Origin: Escherichia phage 310Ecol104PP
Length of the DNA stretch: 64,000 nt
Strand: one strand, 5' to 3'
Sequence record: OR062946.1
Made by a program: the position numbers and the translations under genes. The notes under the pieces were generated by a model that was not told the DNA's origin, made no database searches, and saw only the letters and a list, made by a program, of their open reading frames with translations. Each line of letters starts with the position of its first letter. Within the stretch, counting starts at the first letter, position 1. Shown piece after piece: positions 41,112 through 51,556 of the stretch.

Positions 41112-41386
41112 TCGAAATAATCTTCAATTTCGTAATCATGGACATAAATCATTATAGTTTTTAATACATCATCAATACTTTTTCCTGGAGCTGGAATTAC
41201 GTAAAAATATCCTGCTTTTGAGAGGTCTTTATAAGTTCCAACCAAGAAATCATTATTCTCAAGATGTAGTTCTTCAACTAATTCATCGACAATTGAGTGG
41301 TATAAATTTGGTAGAAACTTATATAGCTTTTCTAGAATGTCAATTTTGATTGTATATTGAACCACAGATTGAGAATCAATAATCAT
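41108..41386 (-). CDS. arn: anti-restriction nuclease Arn
   Basis: 92 aa acidic ORF at the T4 arn position next to asiA. Confidence 0.75.
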   Translation of the reverse strand: MIIDSQSVVQYTIKIDILEKLYKFLPNLYHSIVDELVEELHLENNDFLVGTYKDLSKAGYFYVIPAPGKSIDDVLKTIMIYVHDYEIEDYFE

Positions 41387-41469
41387 AGACCTTCCCCTTA
41401 TGTTTCTGTTTGCGATTAGATTCTTTAAACGCTTTCTTCTTATCTTTATGAACAGAAGCTTTATTAAAA

Positions 41470-41688
41470 TTATGTTTTGCGACTAAATTGTTCATAGTGC
41501 TGAATTACCTCTCTTAAACATTTGCATGTGAATGAAAACTTTTTAGCTACACCACATTCAAATATATGTTCTCTTAAATCACTTGTATCAGTATATCCCA
41601 TCTCAACGATAAAATGCCGTATTAGATTTTTATCTTTATCATTGAGAGAATTAAAATAATCGGATTTTGAATTAATTTCCCTGGCCAA
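41470..41688 (-). CDS. hypothetical protein, 72 aa
   Basis: ORF in operon context. Confidence 0.45.
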   Translation of the reverse strand: MAREINSKSDYFNSLNDKDKNLIRHFIVEMGYTDTSDLREHIFECGVAKKFSFTCKCLREVIQHYEQFSRKT

Positions 41689-41968
41689 ATTGAATCACCT
41701 TCAGTTGGCGTTTTAGCTCTTTTATCATCTCTTCGTTCATCGCAATATAAAGATCGCGTAAAGCAGGCTTTAGCATTCCATTTATTGGGGAACTAAATGG
41801 ACATACATAATCTTTTCCTACGAGCTTTTTAGTGAATTCCATATTACAGAACTGAAATGCAGGTTCATTGGCATAAATTCCCCATTTAGTTGACATCATT
41901 TTATTGGCATATTCCAATGCCTGGATTTGATTCATAATTCCATCAATTTGAAACTTTTTAATATTCAT
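41672..41968 (-). CDS. hypothetical protein, 98 aa
   Basis: ORF in operon context. Confidence 0.45.
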   Translation of the reverse strand: MNIKKFQIDGIMNQIQALEYANKMMSTKWGIYANEPAFQFCNMEFTKKLVGKDYVCPFSSPINGMLKPALRDLYIAMNEEMIKELKRQLKVIQFGQGN

Positions 41969-42429
41969 TAGTAAAGGTCCTCAGAGTAAAGTTCTTTTTC
42001 ACTACCACCACGTTCAATGCGTACTTGTCCAGCGTAAGTTGCAATAATCATTGCTTCTTCACGTGTCCAATAATTACTATATTGGTCAATAAACCCTTGG
42101 TCATCATCACAAACTTGCTGAGTAACTAATTGAGGTTTAACTACATCTAAAACTGCTGCCATATCTTTAGAATAATGACGAGCACCCGGAATAATAAGAG
42201 TTCGTCCATCTTTTAATCTAAAACGGTTGGCTGCACAGACAATTCGTCGTTGATATTTTTGATTTTCGTCCCAATATGCAGACTGCCAACAAATTTCAGG
42301 AACTTCTGCAAGAATATCTTCTTCTGTGCATTTATAACCGTGTGCTTTAAATTTTTGAACAAGACTTTCTGGAGTCTCACGAGATAAAGGAACATTCAGC
42401 ATTTTTAAACGATTAATAAATGGATTCAT
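41968..42429 (-). CDS. hypothetical protein, 153 aa
   Basis: ORF in operon context. Confidence 0.5.
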   Translation of the reverse strand: MNPFINRLKMLNVPLSRETPESLVQKFKAHGYKCTEEDILAEVPEICWQSAYWDENQKYQRRIVCAANRFRLKDGRTLIIPGARHYSKDMAAVLDVVKPQLVTQQVCDDDQGFIDQYSNYWTREEAMIIATYAGQVRIERGGSEKELYSEDLY

Positions 42430-42755
42430 TTAAACCATCCTTTAATACGTTGCCACAAAGTTTTCTGTTGAGCTTTGTTAACACCAATTGAGCGAATAAC
42501 TGGTTGAGATTCCTGGAATTCTTTATAATCAGCAAGGTAAATTTCGTAAGCTGAATCTGTAAAAGAACTTATCGCCGCCATAAAATTATTGCGAATACCT
42601 ACTGGAGCATCTTTACTTTCACGAATAATCATGTATTTACCAGTCTTAATCTTTACGATAGTTCCAAGATAAGCTCCATGGTACCAGATGTCCCACCCCT
42701 CTTGAGTGGGTTCTGCACAACGACGAAGTTCATTGATAATTTCTAACTTGTTCAT
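42426..42755 (-). CDS. hypothetical protein, 109 aa
   Basis: ORF in operon context. Confidence 0.5.
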   Translation of the reverse strand: MNKLEIINELRRCAEPTQEGWDIWYHGAYLGTIVKIKTGKYMIIRESKDAPVGIRNNFMAAISSFTDSAYEIYLADYKEFQESQPVIRSIGVNKAQQKTLWQRIKGWFK

Positions 42756-42765
42756 TATTTATTCC

Positions 42766-43401
42766 TCACAGTTCAGATGCTACGGTGATTACAGCTTCAA
42801 TGTTTTCTGCCGAGCGTTTAATGTCAAGATACACATTACCATTTTTAGCGATTTTACATGACATTCCGATATCAGTAAATTTCTGAATATGATGTTCCAT
42901 CATTTTGTATCCAAAAATTCGCATATTTCCATTGTTGTTAATTTCAAAATTACGAATTCCGTGAGTGCGTTTTTCTAAAATAGCGAGATAGTTACTGCGA
43001 TAAATTTCAATCTTTTTAACAACAAATCTGGTTTCATTTAAAAGTTTTAACATGAAATCTTTATCTTCTTCCATATCAGAAGTAATTTCACGAGCTTTAC
43101 GAGTTGCTCGTTTTTTCAGTAGTTCTGGAGCATTTTCCTGTGCGTATAAAGTTGCTGCATTTGAAATAATATCCTGAGCTTCACCCGTAATGATTAATCC
43201 ATCGCCAGATTTCTCCACCAGGCCTTTTTTAATCAATACCCCAATATTACTATTAACTATTGCGTTACCTAAATCTGGATGCACCTCACGAACTTCTGCA
43301 GCTGTAATGAAATCTTTCTTAGCAATAGTAATTAAAATCGCAGCAGTTTTTTCATTCAGAACATCGTTAGAAGCTTTGATGATGTAAGTTACTTTAGACA
43401 T
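42766..43401 (-). CDS. motA: middle-transcription activator MotA
   Basis: 211 aa, same length as T4 MotA; MSKVTYIIKASNDVLNEKTAAILI... Confidence 0.9.
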   Translation of the reverse strand: MSKVTYIIKASNDVLNEKTAAILITIAKKDFITAAEVREVHPDLGNAIVNSNIGVLIKKGLVEKSGDGLIITGEAQDIISNAATLYAQENAPELLKKRATRKAREITSDMEEDKDFMLKLLNETRFVVKKIEIYRSNYLAILEKRTHGIRNFEINNNGNMRIFGYKMMEHHIQKFTDIGMSCKIAKNGNVYLDIKRSAENIEAVITVASEL

Positions 43402-43442
43402 TTTCTAATCTCCGTAATTCTGTATCAGTAGTTGATAGTTGT

Positions 43443-43472
43443 ATAGTACCATAGAATGCTTTGGTTGTAAAC
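43443..43472 (-). promoter_or_regulatory. T4-type early promoter upstream of motA
   Basis: GTTTAC, 18 nt, TGGTACTAT on minus strand with upstream A/T tract. Confidence 0.55.
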
Positions 43473-43500
43473 CGTTTTGTGAAAAAATTTTAAAATAAAA

Positions 43501-43520
43501 AGGGAGAGCCGAGGCTCTCC
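43501..43520 (-). terminator. rho-independent terminator GGGAGAGC-(4 nt loop)-GCUCUCCC
   Basis: Perfect 8 bp stem followed on minus-strand RNA by UUUUUAUUUU. Confidence 0.65.
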
Positions 43521-43526
43521 CTAAAA

Positions 43527-43676
43527 TTACTGCATGACTGTGATAACTGTCATGATAACACGTTGAATTCCGAACGCAAGAAGACCTCCTGCTACGGCTG
43601 GAACAACACCTAAACCCGCCAGTAAAATACCACCAGATACTAATACCGCGCTTGTAATACCTATAAATGGACTCAT
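43527..43676 (-). CDS. small hydrophobic membrane peptide, 49 aa (not in supplied ORF track)
   Basis: ATGA overlap with gene 52 stop; translation MSPFIGITSAVLVSGGILLAGLGVVPAVAGGLLAFGIQRVIMTVITVMQ. Confidence 0.5.
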   Translation of the reverse strand: MSPFIGITSAVLVSGGILLAGLGVVPAVAGGLLAFGIQRVIMTVITVMQ

Positions 43677-45001
43677 TTGATTTCCTCTAAATCTTTGGTG
43701 TATTCAGTGACTACATCAGTAGTTTTCCAATATTCGTTTTCTTCTTTCTTAGCTTTAGCTTCTTCAGCAAGTTTCTTTGCTTCGTCGGAAGTCATATGAA
43801 AAATATTCATTCCAACTAGTTTATCAACATAAGAAGAATACATATCAATTTTAGAAAGTTCTTCGGTCAGTTCTTTGCGAGTTTTACCTTGCACAACAAT
43901 TTCACCTGAAATTACTTTCTTAATGAAATGTGCCTTGGCAAAGGCTAAACGAAATGCTGATTCAGTTTCTTTGATTTTGTTATCAATTCGCTTTTGGACA
44001 TAAGTTTTACGAACTTCAACGAAGTCTTTAATTAAATCAACTACGTTATCGTAAACTTGTAGCTTTCCTTTCTCATTAATGACGGTAATATTCTGGGAAC
44101 GACGCTCAATCAACCCGAAGTCTTTCATAATTTTTGCATGGCGTTCTTCTTCGTTATCACTCAAAGAATATTCTTTGCGGAATTTAACTTTGAATCCAAA
44201 ACCATGCTCACCACAAGCATCATCCCATGTAATGAAGCCTTTATCTTCAAGCGGGTCTAAGATTTTACTCACATAAGTTTCACGATCATACTTATACGGA
44301 ATCTCAGTGATATTCATTTGAGTTCGTGAAGTAAACTTGTACGTTCCACGAATTTCATATTGACCGTCAATTTCAACGACTTCACCACGAAATTCTGGGA
44401 ATTCTACTTTCGGTTTAGTTACTTTCTTTCCTTGAAGAGCTTGCAGTACAGCTTTCTTGACAGAAGAAACACTATGAGGAAGAATGTAAGTTGCATAACC
44501 AGTTGCAATACCGGAAACGCCATTAAGAAGAACAGTAGGAATAATAGGCAAATAGAAAGCAGGCGGAATGTGTTCTTTATCTTGATGCACCGGAGCATAT
44601 TCAGTATCTTTATATACGTTATAGAAATTTTTACTTACACGAGCAAAAATATAACGACTTGCCGCTGCTTTTTGAACAGTACGAGAACCAAAGTTTCCTT
44701 GACCATCTAACAGAGGAAAGTTATTATTCCAAGTATTAGCCATCAAAGCACCTGCGTCTTGTGCAGAGTTTTCGCCATGATGATATCCAAGGTCCGCTAC
44801 ACCACCTGCGATAGAAGCGAGTTTGTGAAACTTATCTTTATTTCCTCGTGCCAAATCAAGAGCTCGAGCAATAACAAATCGTTGAACTGGCTTAAATCCA
44901 TCAATCATATTTGGAATAGCACGATTTTCAACCGTGTACATAGCATAAGCCAATGCTTCATTATCAATGATACTTTTTAAATCGCGATTATTCAGTTGCA
45001 T
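43673..45001 (-). CDS. 52: DNA topoisomerase II medium subunit gp52
   Basis: 442 aa, same length as T4 gp52; topoisomerase IIA DNA-cleavage-domain-like sequence. Confidence 0.9.
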   Translation of the reverse strand: MQLNNRDLKSIIDNEALAYAMYTVENRAIPNMIDGFKPVQRFVIARALDLARGNKDKFHKLASIAGGVADLGYHHGENSAQDAGALMANTWNNNFPLLDGQGNFGSRTVQKAAASRYIFARVSKNFYNVYKDTEYAPVHQDKEHIPPAFYLPIIPTVLLNGVSGIATGYATYILPHSVSSVKKAVLQALQGKKVTKPKVEFPEFRGEVVEIDGQYEIRGTYKFTSRTQMNITEIPYKYDRETYVSKILDPLEDKGFITWDDACGEHGFGFKVKFRKEYSLSDNEEERHAKIMKDFGLIERRSQNITVINEKGKLQVYDNVVDLIKDFVEVRKTYVQKRIDNKIKETESAFRLAFAKAHFIKKVISGEIVVQGKTRKELTEELSKIDMYSSYVDKLVGMNIFHMTSDEAKKLAEEAKAKKEENEYWKTTDVVTEYTKDLEEIK

Positions 45002-45005
45002 AAAT

Positions 45006-45146
45006 TTACCATACTAGTGAATGTAGTGCCATAATAACATCAGAAATGAAAAGCACGACTTGAATTAATCCGAACATTACTCCATAATATAGTGCTACCA
45101 ATAAAGTAGCAAGGGCTAATGAATAGCCCAAGATTTTCTTAATCAT
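45006..45146 (-). CDS. small hydrophobic peptide, 46 aa (not in supplied ORF track)
   Basis: ATG 4 nt upstream of gene 52; one predicted TMD. Confidence 0.45.
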   Translation of the reverse strand: MIKKILGYSLALATLLVALYYGVMFGLIQVVLFISDVIMALHSLVW

Positions 45147-45294
45147 TAGATAACAACACAAATGTTAAATATGCACACATACCCTGGGCTAAAGCCTGTG
45201 AAAACACACTGCTAGAATCGATACAGATAGTTAAAACACATGCTACTATCCAACAAATAAATGAAATAACTCCTAATAATTTTGCAATATCCAT
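45139..45294 (-). CDS. ac: small membrane protein Ac (acridine sensitivity)
   Basis: 51 aa hydrophobic ORF with GAGGAAAAT RBS, immediately downstream of stp as in T4. Confidence 0.6.
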   Translation of the reverse strand: MDIAKLLGVISFICWIVACVLTICIDSSSVFSQALAQGMCAYLTFVLLSND

Positions 45295-45301
45295 ATTTTC
45301 C

Positions 45302-45382
45302 TCACTGGCGTCCGAAGACGCCTTTAGTTTTAAGATTGTTACGATAAAACTGCATCACATGTTCGTTGTGGAAATTACTCAT
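45302..45382 (-). CDS. stp: Stp peptide (activator of host anticodon nuclease)
   Basis: 26 aa [29 protein letters not shown]; ATG overlaps ndd stop. Confidence 0.8.
45307..45322 (-). other. C(UUCG)G hairpin within the 3' end of stp coding sequence
   Basis: GGCGTC-CGAA-GACGCC perfect palindrome. Confidence 0.5.
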
Positions 45383-45840
45383 TAATATGCCTGCAAAACG
45401 AATTTAAAGTTATCAGCCAACATACGGTTCATTTCTTCAAGTGTTTGATACTCAGAATGATGATTACGAGTAAACGCCAAAGCTAACTGACCTTTACCAA
45501 ATCCCGTCGTCAGAGGTTTCATCTTAGAAGCAGGTAGATAAAATACAGTGTATGGAACATTGTTATTTGCAATAGTACGCGCAAGCTGAGACCGACGCTG
45601 ACGAATATGACTTAGAACTGCGCTGAATCCTTGCTTAGAACGCTGATTACCTACATAAAATCGCGCAGACACACATTGATTACTAAATGGACGACCATCT
45701 AATTTACTTACTAAAAAGTAAAATCCAGGTTTAGATAAAATGTCTTTATGCGGAGTTCCCAAAAACCATTCACCGCCCTTGATTGTGCCAATAACAGTAG
45801 CGCCTGCATTATTCAGATCAGTAACAGTCATGTATTTCAT
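45382..45840 (-). CDS. ndd: nucleoid disruption protein Ndd
   Basis: Start at internal Met ([16 protein letters not shown]...) with GAGG RBS gives 152 aa; T4 Ndd is 151 aa. Confidence 0.8.
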
Positions 45841-45900
45841 ATTAATTTCCTCTAAATTATTTTCTACTCCAAGGCCGCATGAATACACACGGCCATTAAA

Positions 45901-46116
45901 TTACTCGTCGCAGTCGACGCTCAATTCCCAAAACTCTTCTACAGTATAAGTTTCAGTATCATTTTCAATACAGAAACGTTCATTACTGTTATTTGCTAAA
46001 GTAGCGTTAACTGTCATTTTCTCGCTGGTGCTCTTAAGAGGTGAAATGCGAATTAACTGATCACTGTTATCTAAACAGAAAATTTCACCAACTTTTACAT
46101 CTTTAAAACTTTTCAT
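45901..46116 (-). CDS. hypothetical protein, 71 aa
   Basis: ORF in operon context. Confidence 0.45.
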   Translation of the reverse strand: MKSFKDVKVGEIFCLDNSDQLIRISPLKSTSEKMTVNATLANNSNERFCIENDTETYTVEEFWELSVDCDE

Positions 46117-46231
46117 AATTCACCTCAAGGAGTATAAAATCCAAATGCAGTTGTTGACCATCCCATCCAATATGGGAAATTTGCACCAATGTAAAACATA
46201 AGAATATAAAACCAAATGTTTAGTAAATTCA

Positions 46232-46450
46232 TCATTTTACGCCATTCCAAATTGTTTCAACTACGGATTTTAAACCATTTTGATGAATATCAATTCCGAC
46301 TACTGTCATCAAATAGATTCCAACTACAACTGAACCTAAGGCAAAAATCAGCATGAAAATGAATAAAGCCGGAAAAATATTATCGAAAAACCATTCAATA
46401 AATGTAAAAGCACTGCGTTTACGCTTCATATTTTCCTCACATAAATCCAA
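46232..46450 (-). CDS. small membrane protein, 72 aa
   Basis: Hydrophobic stretch FPALFIFMLIFALGSVVVGIYLMTVV. Confidence 0.45.
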   Translation of the reverse strand: MDLCEENMKRKRSAFTFIEWFFDNIFPALFIFMLIFALGSVVVGIYLMTVVGIDIHQNGLKSVVETIWNGVK

Positions 46451-46550
46451 AGTAAGCGTTTAATACATCAATCATTAAAACGATTGGGAATATACTCAAA
46501 ACTACTAGTATTATAACTACATTCCATATAGCTTTAACAATCTTTTTCAT
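46437..46550 (-). CDS. small membrane peptide, 37 aa (shortened from ORF-track call)
   Basis: Internal Met with GGAGG RBS; the longer ORF would include its own promoter. Confidence 0.4.
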   Translation of the reverse strand: MKKIVKAIWNVVIILVVLSIFPIVLMIDVLNAYFGFM

Positions 46551-46578
46551 TTTCTGTTCCTCCGTAGTTGATAGGGTA

Positions 46579-46608
46579 ATAGTACCACGGAAGAACAGTC
46601 TTGTAAAC
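46579..46608 (-). promoter_or_regulatory. T4-type early promoter
   Basis: GTTTAC, 18 nt, TGGTACTAT on minus strand. Confidence 0.5.
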
Positions 46609-46793
46609 AACTTTTTTAAAAATATTCGTAATAAATGTGAATACCAACTACTACCGCTGAAACCTGTGCAACCCACCACGCACAAGCAATAAGTACAGAA
46701 TTCAAAATTTTCATAATAACCTCATCACAAAAGTAAATGTTAAACAAATTAATGGAATACTAATTAACCAAACAAAACACCACCATAATGAAC

Positions 46794-47057
46794 TCATAGT
46801 TCAATCTCAATGATTTCCAGGTGTTTTTGTTTTATTGCCTTTTTAACACAATCATGGACTAAATATGACCATGAATCATTATATTCTCCATTAACTAATC
46901 GTTGGAGATCTTCACGTGATGATAAGTAAGGTTGATCTGATTCCCATTTTGATAAAAATGCTGCAGTAAAAATATCTCCTTCACCTGTAGTTGAAGTCGT
47001 AAATGCAATAAATTCACCGGTAATTTTATGTTTAGCGTAATAAAATTTAAATTTCAT
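46794..47057 (-). CDS. hypothetical protein, 87 aa (start at internal Met with GGAGG RBS)
   Basis: ORF track gives 46794-47150; the N-terminal extension overlaps the promoter. Confidence 0.5.
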   Translation of the reverse strand: MKFKFYYAKHKITGEFIAFTTSTTGEGDIFTAAFLSKWESDQPYLSSREDLQRLVNGEYNDSWSYLVHDCVKKAIKQKHLEIIEIEL

Positions 47058-47084
47058 TTTTACTCCTCCGTAGCTGATAGTTGT

Positions 47085-47114
47085 ATAGTACCACGGTCCT
47101 TGTGGTATGTAAAC
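47085..47114 (-). promoter_or_regulatory. T4-type early promoter
   Basis: GTTTAC, 18 nt, TGGTACTAT on minus strand. Confidence 0.5.
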
Positions 47115-47131
47115 CATTTTGTGAAATTTTT

Positions 47132-47689
47132 TTAAATGGAAAGATACCATCCGTTGTAGTTGCTTTTTCTTACAACCTTACGAAGGTCTTCTCTGTCACC
47201 GATGAACTTCGGAGTGTACTGGATGACACCTGGATGAATTTCTTTAGTGTTGAATATAATTATACAGTCAGCGACTTGATGATTTAAAATGGGCCCTAGA
47301 TTTATTCCAGAACCATATGGATACTCTCCGCTGCATCCTGTTGTCACCGAAATCCAACGCGAGTCAGTTTGATGTGTCTTAACTTCTACACGAAGCCCAC
47401 AGTATTTTGGATGTGCTAAAACATCCCATGCATATGTGTACGGATCATCGACATCTTCTTGGCCTTTATTGACATATCCGCTTAGCCAATCTGCCACAAA
47501 AAACTCTGCGTACACAGCGATACGGCATCTTTCGATAACTTCTGCCTTATCCTGATTTGGGTTCTGTTTTAAAGAGTATCTTGCAGTATCAGCAATTTTG
47601 ACCTTCATTTCACCAGTCAAGTCACTGTTCGATAGGGTAAATGACGGAATCTGAAATAGTCTCTGTAACCCAGGATTCGTTTTCTGCAT
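47132..47689 (-). CDS. denB: endonuclease IV
   Basis: 185 aa, same length as T4 DenB, at the T4 map position between rIIB and ndd. Confidence 0.8.
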   Translation of the reverse strand: MQKTNPGLQRLFQIPSFTLSNSDLTGEMKVKIADTARYSLKQNPNQDKAEVIERCRIAVYAEFFVADWLSGYVNKGQEDVDDPYTYAWDVLAHPKYCGLRVEVKTHQTDSRWISVTTGCSGEYPYGSGINLGPILNHQVADCIIIFNTKEIHPGVIQYTPKFIGDREDLRKVVRKSNYNGWYLSI

Positions 47690-47951
47690 TTAGACTTTCC
47701 TTTTTACCACTGAGATAGGCGTTATATACTTTAAGAGTGCCATAATAAATTCGGTCATTTTCATCTAAAGACTCGCGGTCAAGTTCATCGAGCTCCTTTT
47801 TATCCATGACTATAACATCATTACAGTAAAGAAACCCAAGTTTTTCGTGACCAAACTCAAATTTATTACAGTACACAATATTAGCGTGATGATTTCCGTG
47901 CAGTTTAATCTCTTTTATGTCGGAATCACCGATATTCATACAATAAATCAT
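47622..47951 (-). CDS. hypothetical protein, 109 aa
   Basis: ORF overlapping denB start. Confidence 0.45.
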   Translation of the reverse strand: MIYCMNIGDSDIKEIKLHGNHHANIVYCNKFEFGHEKLGFLYCNDVIVMDKKELDELDRESLDENDRIYYGTLKVYNAYLSGKKESLNAENESWVTETISDSVIYPIEQ

Positions 47952-47968
47952 AATTTCTCTTAAAACAA

Positions 47969-47984
47969 AAGGGCCGAAGCCCTT
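47969..47984 (-). terminator. hairpin AAGGGC-CGAA-GCCCTT
   Basis: Perfect palindrome; identical copy at 48201-48216. Confidence 0.45.
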
Positions 47985-47987
47985 ATT

Positions 47988-48182
47988 TTATTTGAATTGT
48001 GCGATTCTTTTCTCTAGACACTCAGCATAAGATTTCATTGAGATGAACTGTGAAAGCAGCAGTTCTTGCTCAACTGCACTAACCGTTAGAAACTTTGTGC
48101 TTTCTAAAAATTTGCTCAGTGCATTAATTTTGAGCATTAATTGATCGTATTCTTCTTTTACTCGTGCTTGATAACCTAACAT
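47988..48182 (-). CDS. hypothetical protein, 64 aa
   Basis: ORF between two identical hairpins. Confidence 0.45.
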   Translation of the reverse strand: MLGYQARVKEEYDQLMLKINALSKFLESTKFLTVSAVEQELLLSQFISMKSYAECLEKRIAQFK

Positions 48183-48200
48183 AATTTTCCTTAATATGAT

Positions 48201-48216
48201 AAGGGCCGAAGCCCTT
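48201..48216 (-). terminator. hairpin AAGGGC-CGAA-GCCCTT overlapping the rIIB stop codon
   Basis: Perfect palindrome. Confidence 0.45.
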
Positions 48217-49153
48217 ATTTAAATTGTTCAGTAACGTCTTCAACTACTTCGTATTGGCAGGTACGCATTTTAGCATCGTTGTAATCAATCGGAATTGATA
48301 CTACATCACGTGGATGTACTTTAACTTTTACAACTCGGCTGGTTGAACTGCCAAAGTGACGAATATAAGATTTAGAACACACATGCAGACCACGAGAACA
48401 AGTTTGTGTATCATCGTCATTCACACGAGTACGCGGCATTTTAACTACTTTACCAGGACTGTTATCAAAGGTGTTTGAGTGACAGTCAAAGTAGTTGTCA
48501 CGAACTACTTTCCAAGCATAGAAGTAACCATCTTCTGTAATTTCAATATCGTTTGCTACCAAGAAATCAAAGAGTCGAGATACCGCTTTCTGGCTTGGGT
48601 TTTCCAGCAGATTTTCCAAGAACGGAAAATAAAATTCAAAGTTTTCACCTTTTTCCATCGAATCGAGAATACGATCAACTAAACCAGACCGTAATTCGAT
48701 ATTTTGATAGAACAAGCTTCCGCCTTCAATTCGAACATCGCCGGAAATATATTTTTCAACAGCACGACGAACATTAATTTTTTGTGCCGCTTCTTCCAGC
48801 TTATCTGCTACAAGCAGATTAAGAATTTCCTGGAAGTTTGAATGAGTATTAGGAGTTGCGTTATAAGTTACACCGTCAACAGTAATTGAAATGAATTTTT
48901 TAGATGCATTCCAAATAATGTCAGATTTAGCAACTGGAGCAATAACTGCATCGCTATTAACTTTAACTGTAATATCACCACTAATAGTAACTTTAGGGCG
49001 TTTAGCTTCTTCAGCATTTTTCAAAACACGACGGATTGTGTCAACCGATACATCCTTCCAATAAGCTAATTCCTGCTGAGTGTAATTACCACTTGAATAC
49101 AGTTTAACAATTTCAGCTTGTTCGTTTTTGGTCAGGCATTTAATATTGTACAT
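48215..49153 (-). CDS. rIIB: RIIB protein
   Basis: 312 aa; MYNIKCLTKNEQAEIVKLYSSGNYTQQELA...; same length as T4 RIIB. Confidence 0.92.
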   Translation of the reverse strand: MYNIKCLTKNEQAEIVKLYSSGNYTQQELAYWKDVSVDTIRRVLKNAEEAKRPKVTISGDITVKVNSDAVIAPVAKSDIIWNASKKFISITVDGVTYNATPNTHSNFQEILNLLVADKLEEAAQKINVRRAVEKYISGDVRIEGGSLFYQNIELRSGLVDRILDSMEKGENFEFYFPFLENLLENPSQKAVSRLFDFLVANDIEITEDGYFYAWKVVRDNYFDCHSNTFDNSPGKVVKMPRTRVNDDDTQTCSRGLHVCSKSYIRHFGSSTSRVVKVKVHPRDVVSIPIDYNDAKMRTCQYEVVEDVTEQFK

Positions 49154-49164
49154 AATTTTCCTTA

Positions 49165-51342
49165 TTAGGCCGCAAGGGCCTTCATAGTTTTGGCGATTTG
49201 GGAAACTTCATCATCACTTAAAGAGTTGCGATATCCAATGAAGTCGGAAACAATACGGAATTTCTTGGTAAACTCAGCAACCATTTTATCACTGTTTTTT
49301 GAAGCATTATTTGATAATACATCAAAAAGATTAGTTACTGTCCAGATGTCATGACCGATGGTATCTTTTCCACCATTAAAATATACGCCGCGCAATGAAC
49401 TAACTATATTAGCGAGTCGTGTATATTCTTCAGAAACTTCATCTGTACTGAAGTACTTCATCATAAAATCTAGTTCAGGATACTTGATAATTTTATCAAT
49501 ATATCGTTGAGCTGAACTTGAATAACCTACGTACTTATCATAATCTACATCATCAAAAGCATCTACATATAAATCACGCAGAGCTTCAAAAATACATTGG
49601 CACTGACCGAGTTCTTTTACCTTTTTCTGTAAAAGCGGACGAATAACATAAAATTCATTAATGCCAATAAGATTAGCCATACGAATCAAAATATTCATAG
49701 ATGGATGACAAAGAGATGTAGTACCATCCATAGAGAAAATATCAGAACGATGCATATACGCTACATAACCAGTAATTTCATCTGCTTCTGATGTGAGCGT
49801 AAATAATTCCTCTTTTTCCCAACGCCCATCTTTAATTTCAAACTTAAACGCTGTAGCAGCTTTAGGACGAGGAGCTTTACTTTTAACTACCTTTGGAATA
49901 TAACTTTTTACTAAAGCTTCAATTTCTGACAAATAATGAATGTTAACTTCATCACTTTCAAACATCGCCATAATATCAGGAAGCAAATCAATCTGCGATT
50001 CTACTTCTGGATTAATAAACAGAAGACGCTCATTGTGATGAATATTCAAAGTGTTGTTAAATTCACTATCATCTAACGCATGTGCTAATCCACGGACAAT
50101 ATTAACACGATTTTTAATATTATCAATAACGATATTAATTTTTGTTGTATTAATACCAAACAGACGATAACTTGATGCAACGGCTGAAGTTTCATGACTT
50201 TGCTTAATACGTTTCAGTCGAGGGTCAAGATTTACTTCATACACAACTCCTGCATTGCATAACTTACTGTCAGGTTCAAACATGCTCTGCATCTTTTTAT
50301 ATGACAGATTTTTAGTCGTGAATTTGACTGAATTACTAATCATATAATCTCGAGCAGAATACCCCATCTTCATCAATTCACGATATGTGTGACGAGGAGA
50401 TGTAGATTCTTTAAATCGTTTTACATCTTCATTAAATGCTTTCTCACTGAGTTCTTTAACTCGTTCAATAATATTTTTACGAGTACGATCATCCAGTGAA
50501 AGAGCCTCGCGAGATGGAGCAATATCAAGTGAACCCATTGGAAACTTAATGTAATTCACTTCATTGCGAATGCTTAGCCAGCTACGATCTCTAATAACGC
50601 CATCGATAGGATAAACAATACCGCCATAGATAGCATATAATCCACCACGATCAGGCCAGTATCTTTCTGGATTTACGCCATAATAATCATCAAAATCCGG
50701 AAAATAATCAATTTCGCGGTCAAGACCATTAATGATAGCCAAATCTTTGAATGGTCGCATGATATAAGAAACTTCGTAAGCAAAGTTTCTAAAGTCTTTT
50801 TCTTCAACTGGAACTACGATTTCAATACCAGTTTTATCATCTGGACCCATTTCTTTTACGAATGTAGGTTTAATCTGTGGGCCATCACCATCCATGTAAG
50901 CTACATAACCACGAATTTCACCTTTATGATACGAAGTAATACTAAACGTATCAGTATAACTAAACGGAGATTTAGAACCTAAACCAAATCCGCCAATGAA
51001 ATCGTTAGATTCAGCTTTAGATGAACTGAAGTATGAATTATACAGTCCAGGAGAATTATCATCACCTTGAATATCAAAATCGCTCATACCCGGACCAAAA
51101 TCTCGGCAAACAAATCGCGGATCTAATCGTCCTGGAACTTGAATGATAAATTTTTCAGGATTTCCATTGAGAGCATGGGCATCAATCATGTTGGTAATCA
51201 ATTCACGGACTACTGCGCGAATCTTGTTTGTATACAAATCAGATGACAGAATTTTAAATACTTTAGGAGATGCTGTGATGCTAAATGCTTTTGATTTAGA
51301 ACCATTGCCAAGAATTGTTTCTTTTTCAGTGGTGATAATCAT
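49165..51342 (-). CDS. rIIA: RIIA protein
   Basis: 725 aa, same length as T4 RIIA; ATPase-like N-terminal region. Confidence 0.9.
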   Translation of the reverse strand: MIITTEKETILGNGSKSKAFSITASPKVFKILSSDLYTNKIRAVVRELITNMIDAHALNGNPEKFIIQVPGRLDPRFVCRDFGPGMSDFDIQGDDNSPGLYNSYFSSSKAESNDFIGGFGLGSKSPFSYTDTFSITSYHKGEIRGYVAYMDGDGPQIKPTFVKEMGPDDKTGIEIVVPVEEKDFRNFAYEVSYIMRPFKDLAIINGLDREIDYFPDFDDYYGVNPERYWPDRGGLYAIYGGIVYPIDGVIRDRSWLSIRNEVNYIKFPMGSLDIAPSREALSLDDRTRKNIIERVKELSEKAFNEDVKRFKESTSPRHTYRELMKMGYSARDYMISNSVKFTTKNLSYKKMQSMFEPDSKLCNAGVVYEVNLDPRLKRIKQSHETSAVASSYRLFGINTTKINIVIDNIKNRVNIVRGLAHALDDSEFNNTLNIHHNERLLFINPEVESQIDLLPDIMAMFESDEVNIHYLSEIEALVKSYIPKVVKSKAPRPKAATAFKFEIKDGRWEKEELFTLTSEADEITGYVAYMHRSDIFSMDGTTSLCHPSMNILIRMANLIGINEFYVIRPLLQKKVKELGQCQCIFEALRDLYVDAFDDVDYDKYVGYSSSAQRYIDKIIKYPELDFMMKYFSTDEVSEEYTRLANIVSSLRGVYFNGGKDTIGHDIWTVTNLFDVLSNNASKNSDKMVAEFTKKFRIVSDFIGYRNSLSDDEVSQIAKTMKALAA

Positions 51343-51352
51343 AATTTCCTCA

Positions 51353-51556
51353 TTAATTCATATTGCGTTTAATAACTTCAGCAACTTCTAGTAGTTCATC
51401 TTTAGTTGCGGTGTCGGATTGAATTTTATCTCTAATATCCTTAAAGCGGTTTTTAAATTCTTCGGCTTCTCCCATATCGAAAAAGCGTTGAATGATTCTA
51501 TATTCTCGATGAACTGCTTTATCAAAAAGCTCTAAATTTACTTTATATGATTTCAT
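51353..51556 (-). CDS. hypothetical protein, 67 aa (rIIA.1 region; shortened from ORF-track call)
   Basis: Internal Met with GAGGA RBS; the longer ORF overlaps the promoter. Confidence 0.45.
   Translation of the reverse strand: MKSYKVNLELFDKAVHREYRIIQRFFDMGEAEEFKNRFKDIRDKIQSDTATKDELLEVAEVIKRNMN

Noticed and set aside
49166-49180. Hairpin AGGCC-GCAAG-GGCCT near the rIIA/rIIB boundary
   Set aside because: Falls inside the last codons of rIIA (encoding KALAA), so it is not an intergenic terminator.
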